DNA of 64,000 nt from a virus: positions 1-64,000 of the IMG/VR virus record IMGVR_UViG_3300044970_002959, one strand, 5' to 3'. Below the pieces are notes generated by a model. It ran no database searches. It worked only from the letters and a program-made list of their open reading frames with translations, and was not told the DNA's origin. This document shows, one piece after another, positions 58,653 to 64,000 of this stretch. Every line of letters starts with the position of its first letter. The first letter of the stretch is position 1. A program made the position numbers and the translations under genes.

Positions 58653-59812
58653 ATAATGCTCGCTAGTTTAGGCTTAATTTCTTGTTCTATCTCTTTTACG
58701 CTCATTTCTGCAACATCAGCTTTGGATATATTTATTCTAGTAACTTTGTATGTGTTTTTGCACTTATCCTTAATCGCTTCTGCCGCTTTATTCCCGGCCT
58801 CATCATTGTCCGTTAAGACTATAATATGCATTGCTCCAGAACCATCAAGTATTATTTTCTGTCTATCGCTCAAAGAAGAACCAAACATACCAACAGAATT
58901 ATGAATGCCAGCTTCTTCTAGTCTCCACACATTACCAGGACTTTCTACTAATATCACTTTCGTAGATTCTAGTATATGTTGTTTGGCAAACCAGAAGTTA
59001 TACAGGTGGTTTTGGCTCTTAAATTCATAATTATGTTTCCACTTAGAGTATTTCCACCTATCCGAATCGGACGGACAACTTAGACCAGGATCATGGTATG
59101 ACCCACAATGAGGACATTTTTCCCATACGCTACGAGCAGTACACCCCACTAAATATTTATAGTCATTATCATATATGGGTGCCACAACCCTACCAAACAT
59201 TTCTTTGGTTTTGTTTGTGCATAGTCCGACATCGTACTTGTCTAGTATTTCTTTGCTGAATCCGCGACCGATAAAATATTCTGCTGGTATTTGTAGCGTT
59301 TTTCTAACATGGCTTCTTTTAACCGTTCTTACCATCTTATCGGAATTTGGAATTATGTTGCTGATTATATTAGCAAATTTTGCTTTTTCTACTTCTGTTT
59401 TATTGATTTGGATATCGTCTATCTTATTGTCCAAGAAGTTTTCAACGAACTCTACGGTGTCTTGAAAAGATACTGTCTGGTCTCCTGATTTTGACCAGCC
59501 ATATTTTTTATGAGATAAAACCCCGCGAATAAATCCTATAATAGAAGACCTAAAAACCTTTTCACAATTATGCGTTCTGCATTTCCAGTTACCTCTGTAG
59601 TGGTCGCCTTCTGGGTATATATTAAACGCAGTGGTGTTATCTCCATCGTGTATAGGACAGCGCCCGACAAGCATTTTGCCGTTTTGTCTAATATCCGATG
59701 AGACACCCAAGTATTCCAAAAGATCATCTATATTATCACATAATCTGTCGCATACTACTTTAAGTTGCTTTTGATTATACGAACGGTATTGTTTCTGAGC
59801 TGCCATTCCCAT
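58649..59812 (-). CDS. dnaG: DNA primase (DnaG-like, CHC2 Zn finger + TOPRIM)
   Basis: CPIHDGDN...C..H.C; VILVESPGN; DNDEAG. Confidence 0.85.
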   Translation of the reverse strand: MGMAAQKQYRSYNQKQLKVVCDRLCDNIDDLLEYLGVSSDIRQNGKMLVGRCPIHDGDNTTAFNIYPEGDHYRGNWKCRTHNCEKVFRSSIIGFIRGVLSHKKYGWSKSGDQTVSFQDTVEFVENFLDNKIDDIQINKTEVEKAKFANIISNIIPNSDKMVRTVKRSHVRKTLQIPAEYFIGRGFSKEILDKYDVGLCTNKTKEMFGRVVAPIYDNDYKYLVGCTARSVWEKCPHCGSYHDPGLSCPSDSDRWKYSKWKHNYEFKSQNHLYNFWFAKQHILESTKVILVESPGNVWRLEEAGIHNSVGMFGSSLSDRQKIILDGSGAMHIIVLTDNDEAGNKAAEAIKDKCKNTYKVTRINISKADVAEMSVKEIEQEIKPKLASII

Positions 59813-61250
59813 CTTCTTCTATATTAAATCCATTAGATTTTTTGTCTTTGCCAACGTTATTTGCTATTTCCAGTTTGGTTCTACCCTCTGTAATTTTTGC
59901 GCACCAACCTTTCATATGACAATTAATATAGTCATTATCGTCTAGTCCTCCGCCGTGCCTACTAATTAACGGAATAAGTTTTCTGTTGCCTTCAGTCGGA
60001 CCATCTTCTGCTATTTCCTCATCGCTCTTTCGTTTAAATATACTGAAGTTGCTACAAAGCCAGATGATTCTGTCTGATCCAGACGCTGTATCTGTACTTT
60101 CTTTTGTTATGCCGTCTCTGTTTAGCTGTATAAATGCCACGATAGGTACTCTATACCTAACAGCAAAATTATGTAGTGATGTCATCATAAAGCCGAGAAC
60201 TTGATACTCTTTCATATCCTGGCTTATACCGGCACTATCCATTAGCTTTAAATAGTCATAAAAGATAACACAATCCTTTGCTGTTCCGTCATCATTTAGT
60301 CCAACCTCCTTAACCAACCACCTTCTCATAATAGCGAGCTGATCCTCAAAAGGCTTTCCGGCTATACTTTTGTGATATAGTCTTAAATTCTTAAGCTCCT
60401 GAACAGCCTTTCCTATTTTATTTTTCTTGTCTGGTGAATCAGAAAATCTACCAGTTTCTATCGTATTAATCTCGATCTCAGTACTCATGGCGAGTATACG
60501 ATTAATATGATCCTCCTTGGCCATCTCTGTATCCATATTGAGTACCGGTATTCCCGCCACTGCAATATTTCTACCCATGTTATCGGACAGTAGCGTTTTT
60601 CCTGTTTTTGGTCTAGCGGCTATAACATTTACTGTGCCTTTTCTTAAGCCTCCACCAATAGCCTGATCATATACAGGAAATCCCGTTGGTATGCCGATCT
60701 GATCAACCTGATTCTCTTCTAGAGACTTTACATAGTCTTCTATGGTAGACCCGATCTGTTCTGGACCACTATCAGAATCGCTCAACAAGGAAGTAAAATT
60801 GAAGATGCTATCTTCGGCTAGTCCGATAATAGAAGATATTGGCTCTGTGCCATTTACATCTAAAATTTTATTTTGTGCTAATTCAAGCTGCTCCCTTAAA
60901 AGCCTAGCTATTTCTAATTTTCTGATTTTTGCTGCTAACTTACGAACATTCTCTTTATGTACTGGAAAATCCAATACAGCCCTAAGATGCTGCGTCTCGT
61001 CTTTTCTAGATAGAACATGAGAGACCCCAAGCTCTTGAGCAACAGAGTATATCGACGCTATGTCTATTTTCTTTGCGTTTTGCTTTTCACAAAGCTCTTT
61101 TACGCACTTAAAAATAATACTATTACTATCTATAGTAAAAGAAGAGTCCTGAATAATATCAGCTATATCAAGATATACTTCTTCGCCATATTTACAAATA
61201 CCGGACAATACGGCGCGTTCTGCCGAAGGATCTGCTAAAATTGTTGACAT
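59775..61250 (-). CDS. dnaB: replicative DNA helicase
   Basis: AERAVL, PTGF, AARPKTGKT, DYLKLM, QLNR; start taken at the ATG at 61250. Confidence 0.9.
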   Translation of the reverse strand: MSTILADPSAERAVLSGICKYGEEVYLDIADIIQDSSFTIDSNSIIFKCVKELCEKQNAKKIDIASIYSVAQELGVSHVLSRKDETQHLRAVLDFPVHKENVRKLAAKIRKLEIARLLREQLELAQNKILDVNGTEPISSIIGLAEDSIFNFTSLLSDSDSGPEQIGSTIEDYVKSLEENQVDQIGIPTGFPVYDQAIGGGLRKGTVNVIAARPKTGKTLLSDNMGRNIAVAGIPVLNMDTEMAKEDHINRILAMSTEIEINTIETGRFSDSPDKKNKIGKAVQELKNLRLYHKSIAGKPFEDQLAIMRRWLVKEVGLNDDGTAKDCVIFYDYLKLMDSAGISQDMKEYQVLGFMMTSLHNFAVRYRVPIVAFIQLNRDGITKESTDTASGSDRIIWLCSNFSIFKRKSDEEIAEDGPTEGNRKLIPLISRHGGGLDDNDYINCHMKGWCAKITEGRTKLEIANNVGKDKKSNGFNIEEDGNGSSETIPFV

Positions 61251-61255
61251 ATTTT

Positions 61256-61648
61256 TTAACCACCAGCCATCGTTGAGCACTTGTTACATTTATATCTATC
61301 CACGGAATCGAGGATAGCAGGATTGACTTTTTCTTTTTTCCCGCATGCTCTACACCTTACCTCAACAGGCTCAAAAGATCTGGTCCTTGGAGAAGGTGGC
61401 TGGGTAGCTAGTTTTTGATCAATTTTAACATCCGCCTTATGCATATTCATTTCGGGCATAGACAGAAACTTATTTTGACGAGCGCCGGGAATTTTGGTGC
61501 TCTTGGTTTTGATATTCGGGTTGTCGAATTCATCAACCTTTCTATCTGTGGTTTGAGTTTTTGATGGCTGTTCTTCTTTTGGAAGCATGCTTTGCAGCAT
61601 ACTAATTAAAAGCTTTATTTGTTCTGGATTGGTTGGATCAAGATCCAT
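61256..61648 (-). CDS. hypothetical protein with C-terminal zinc ribbon
   Basis: CRAC and CNKC pairs. Confidence 0.6.
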   Translation of the reverse strand: MDLDPTNPEQIKLLISMLQSMLPKEEQPSKTQTTDRKVDEFDNPNIKTKSTKIPGARQNKFLSMPEMNMHKADVKIDQKLATQPPSPRTRSFEPVEVRCRACGKKEKVNPAILDSVDRYKCNKCSTMAGG

Positions 61649-62135
61649 GATGTTTTACCTTTGTTTTTTGAATAGATATTAGTATATCGGACAAATTCTT
61701 GATTGAGGCGGCTAGGAAATAAAGCCTATCTGATCTTTGCTTGGCGTATTTTTTTATTTTATTCAGGGAGTGTGCTTTGTCATTATGCTTTATTGCTTGA
61801 GAGGACTTTTCAGCATACCCATATCCCTTATAATTATTCAGCTCGTCTGCGATTACTTCCTTCATGCTTTCTTCTGCCCAGTTTAGTCTGGCCATTTCTC
61901 TATTTGCTGTTCTTTGAACATGAAAGGCAAATTGACCTAATCTATAAGATATTTGGGCGCAGTCCTCGGGGGATAGTTTTTCTATGGCGGTTCTATCCAT
62001 TGTCAAGTATTGGTTCAGCTCAGTTTCCCCAAAAGTATTTGAGGCGTACTTTGGCAAACCTATTCCCTGTTCGTATTCATCTAGGATATTATCCCAGTAG
62101 CCTACTTGGTCTGATGTTGTTTGTGTAGATGTCAT
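61638..62135 (-). CDS. helical hypothetical protein, possibly UvsY-like recombination mediator
   Basis: Coiled-coil-like 165 aa close to the recA-like gene; function inferred from context only. Confidence 0.35.
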   Translation of the reverse strand: MTSTQTTSDQVGYWDNILDEYEQGIGLPKYASNTFGETELNQYLTMDRTAIEKLSPEDCAQISYRLGQFAFHVQRTANREMARLNWAEESMKEVIADELNNYKGYGYAEKSSQAIKHNDKAHSLNKIKKYAKQRSDRLYFLAASIKNLSDILISIQKTKVKHHGS

Positions 62136-62536
62136 TTTTCAATTCTTTCTGTCCACTGTTCCTGAGTCTCACTATATGGCAATTCAATATACTTGATACC
62201 ATTTATCTCGCACCACTCTCTTTTTTCTCTATCCTTTTTTTGTGCCTTTAGGAATGCTAGCTGATTAGCATGATAAAATGGCGTAAACTTATAGTGTTGC
62301 TCTCCATGCACTTCTATTGCTCGTTTCAATAACGGGATATAAAAATCCAAATATGCAACTTCTGATTTTTTTAATGGTATAGTAACCTCTTCTAGGATCT
62401 GAAGCGTCGGGTATTGCTTTTTGAGCAACTCTCTTGCTATCAAATGGAAAGAGGACTTACGCTCTATTCTAGCGTGGGAGGTGTATCCTGTCAACTGCCA
62501 GTTTTGAACTAAACCATCCAAAGACTGAATCTGCAT
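62132..62536 (-). CDS. small PD-(D/E)XK / DUF559-like nuclease
   Basis: LDFYIP..KRAIEVHGEQHY...RD..K..WCEINGI..IELPY. Confidence 0.7.
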   Translation of the reverse strand: MQIQSLDGLVQNWQLTGYTSHARIERKSSFHLIARELLKKQYPTLQILEEVTIPLKKSEVAYLDFYIPLLKRAIEVHGEQHYKFTPFYHANQLAFLKAQKKDREKREWCEINGIKYIELPYSETQEQWTERIEK

Positions 62537-62537
62537 A

Positions 62538-63554
62538 TTAATACTTTGTTCCCATCATTTCTTTAACGGACTTTAGCAACTTGCTGTATTCTTCATGGTT
62601 TTCCAAAAAATAAGTTCTAAGCTTTTCTGTTCCTTGAAACTTTTCTTTGACACCATCAATAGTATACCACGCACCTCCCTTATTGATTAATCCTAGATCA
62701 ACAGCAAGACTAATTAATTCCATACATTTGTCTATGCCCTGTCCATATCTAATGTATGATGTTATAGTTGCCCCAGGAGGACCAAGCGCCGAGCAAGCGA
62801 CCTGCCATTCGATCTCTTGCCCGATTTGTGTGTTATCGGCACCAAGGAGCCACGGCTTAAATGTCTTTGCCCTGAGCTTAATATCTGTTTGATAGGCGAT
62901 AGCCTGTCCAGACTTTTCCTTGAATTCAGCACCGTATCCTGTTGGATTTCCCATCAAGTGCGTGATCCCTATCACGATATTTTTATTAACCGGAATAACA
63001 TTAGCAACTTTTCTACAGAATTTTGCCAATAGTTTTGCTCCGTCTGCTCTTTGCATCTTGTCCATATCTGATGTAATTTCAGCTTCGGTACACAGAGCAG
63101 AGTATGAGTCTATAATCAAAACGCTTCCGGGTTCCTCATTAATAATTCTCTCTGCTATCTGTAGGTATTCTTCCGCGTGTAGAATCTTGCCCTGTTGACT
63201 ACCAATAATATCAAATCTAGAAAGATCAAGCCCAGGTATTCCTTCAAGATCTCTCTTTTTCAATCTACCCTCAATATTTAGGTAATACACATGCCTAGGC
63301 TTTTTTAGGTCTCCCTGATATTCTGGTTTTTGTGCTGTAGCGGCGAAGTCTAGAGAGGTTGTTGTTTTTCCGCACTTGGGTTGCCCGGTTAAAATAACAA
63401 AACTTCCTTCAGGCACACCGCCACTCAAGATTATATCTAGTGATGGACTTACCGGAATTATAACATTTTTTCTATCCACGAGAGCACTAGCGGACAGCAT
63501 AATATCTGAACCAAACTGTTTTGTTACGTCGTCTTTTAGGCTGGTTGCACTCAT
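62538..63554 (-). CDS. recA: RecA/UvsX-like recombinase
   Basis: SLDIILSGGVPEG, GQPKCGKT, IIDS, YGQGID, KGGAWY, FQG. Confidence 0.85.
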   Translation of the reverse strand: MSATSLKDDVTKQFGSDIMLSASALVDRKNVIIPVSPSLDIILSGGVPEGSFVILTGQPKCGKTTTSLDFAATAQKPEYQGDLKKPRHVYYLNIEGRLKKRDLEGIPGLDLSRFDIIGSQQGKILHAEEYLQIAERIINEEPGSVLIIDSYSALCTEAEITSDMDKMQRADGAKLLAKFCRKVANVIPVNKNIVIGITHLMGNPTGYGAEFKEKSGQAIAYQTDIKLRAKTFKPWLLGADNTQIGQEIEWQVACSALGPPGATITSYIRYGQGIDKCMELISLAVDLGLINKGGAWYTIDGVKEKFQGTEKLRTYFLENHEEYSKLLKSVKEMMGTKY

Positions 63555-63958
63555 TCTATTTCCTTTAGTTTCGATAATATATTTTTATTATTTTGGTTCT
63601 GTTTGAATGTTTTTGTTTCTGTTCTGTCGTAATTTTTCGACAAGTCTTTGTTGGCTGCTTCCAGCAACAAAACCTCTTGCTCTATGATAGCGATAAGGTG
63701 TGGCGCTCGCAACGAATATATTTTTTCCGCTTTCTTGTTTTTCAGAGCATTTACTATAGCCTTCTCTGGATATTTGGTAACCAGTTGGTTTGCTGTTGCT
63801 ATCTGATTTCTGTAATATGCTGACCATTCTTTACTAGACCAAAATCTGAAATGAAGATCTTTACCATCTTTTTTTGCTTTATTCTCACAAATAATTTCTG
63901 TGATATATTGGGCAGCGGTAACGGTCTTATTGTTGGAATACTTGGATATGTATTTCAT
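63551..63958 (-). CDS. hypothetical protein
   Basis: 135-aa ORF, ATGA-coupled to recA and to a partial upstream ORF ending at 63955. Confidence 0.6.
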   Translation of the reverse strand: MKYISKYSNNKTVTAAQYITEIICENKAKKDGKDLHFRFWSSKEWSAYYRNQIATANQLVTKYPEKAIVNALKNKKAEKIYSLRAPHLIAIIEQEVLLLEAANKDLSKNYDRTETKTFKQNQNNKNILSKLKEIE

Positions 63959-64000
63959 TTATTGTTTGGTCTAAAAATAGCGTCCTTGCCGGTTCGTGAC

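Noticed and set aside
1-64000. Stop-codon reassignment
   Set aside because: Genes are full length and densely packed under the standard code, and TAG, TGA and TAA all terminate genes.

Overview
This window is 64 kb of a large tailed dsDNA phage genome, probably a siphovirus. There is no sheath, integrase, tRNA, CRISPR array or host gene. The + strand (1-43587) is the virion module: ERCC4-like nuclease (partial), terminase, portal, prohead protease/scaffold, decoration protein, major capsid, neck genes, two paralogous tail-tube genes, two paralogous tail chaperones, a 3633-aa tape measure protein (TMP), a tail fibre with an S74 chaperone, two paralogous tail-tip proteins, FGE-sulfatase/DUF11/SprB adhesin-like proteins and a large tail hub. 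The - strand (43612-64000) converges on it with replication/recombination genes (RecA-like, DnaB, primase, dNMP kinase, PD-(D/E)XK exonuclease, a DnaE split in two around dnaQ, SSB), a glycosyltransferase cluster and accessory genes. The most striking feature is the TMP. It looks like a cassette polyprotein: four DTVPA(M/L)LTPGEFV modules and about 16 short [FYLM]-x-x-GG motifs bracket inserted cargo, namely an apparently circularly permuted HAD phosphatase, a PD-(D/E)XK nuclease-like domain and a roughly 1100-aa charged block. Other points: an intein-less split DnaE, an FGE domain split across two genes, a recurring GGTGTA(T/A) putative late promoter, a nested scaffold start, and a probable ATT start codon. 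All calls come from motif reading by eye; no searches were run.
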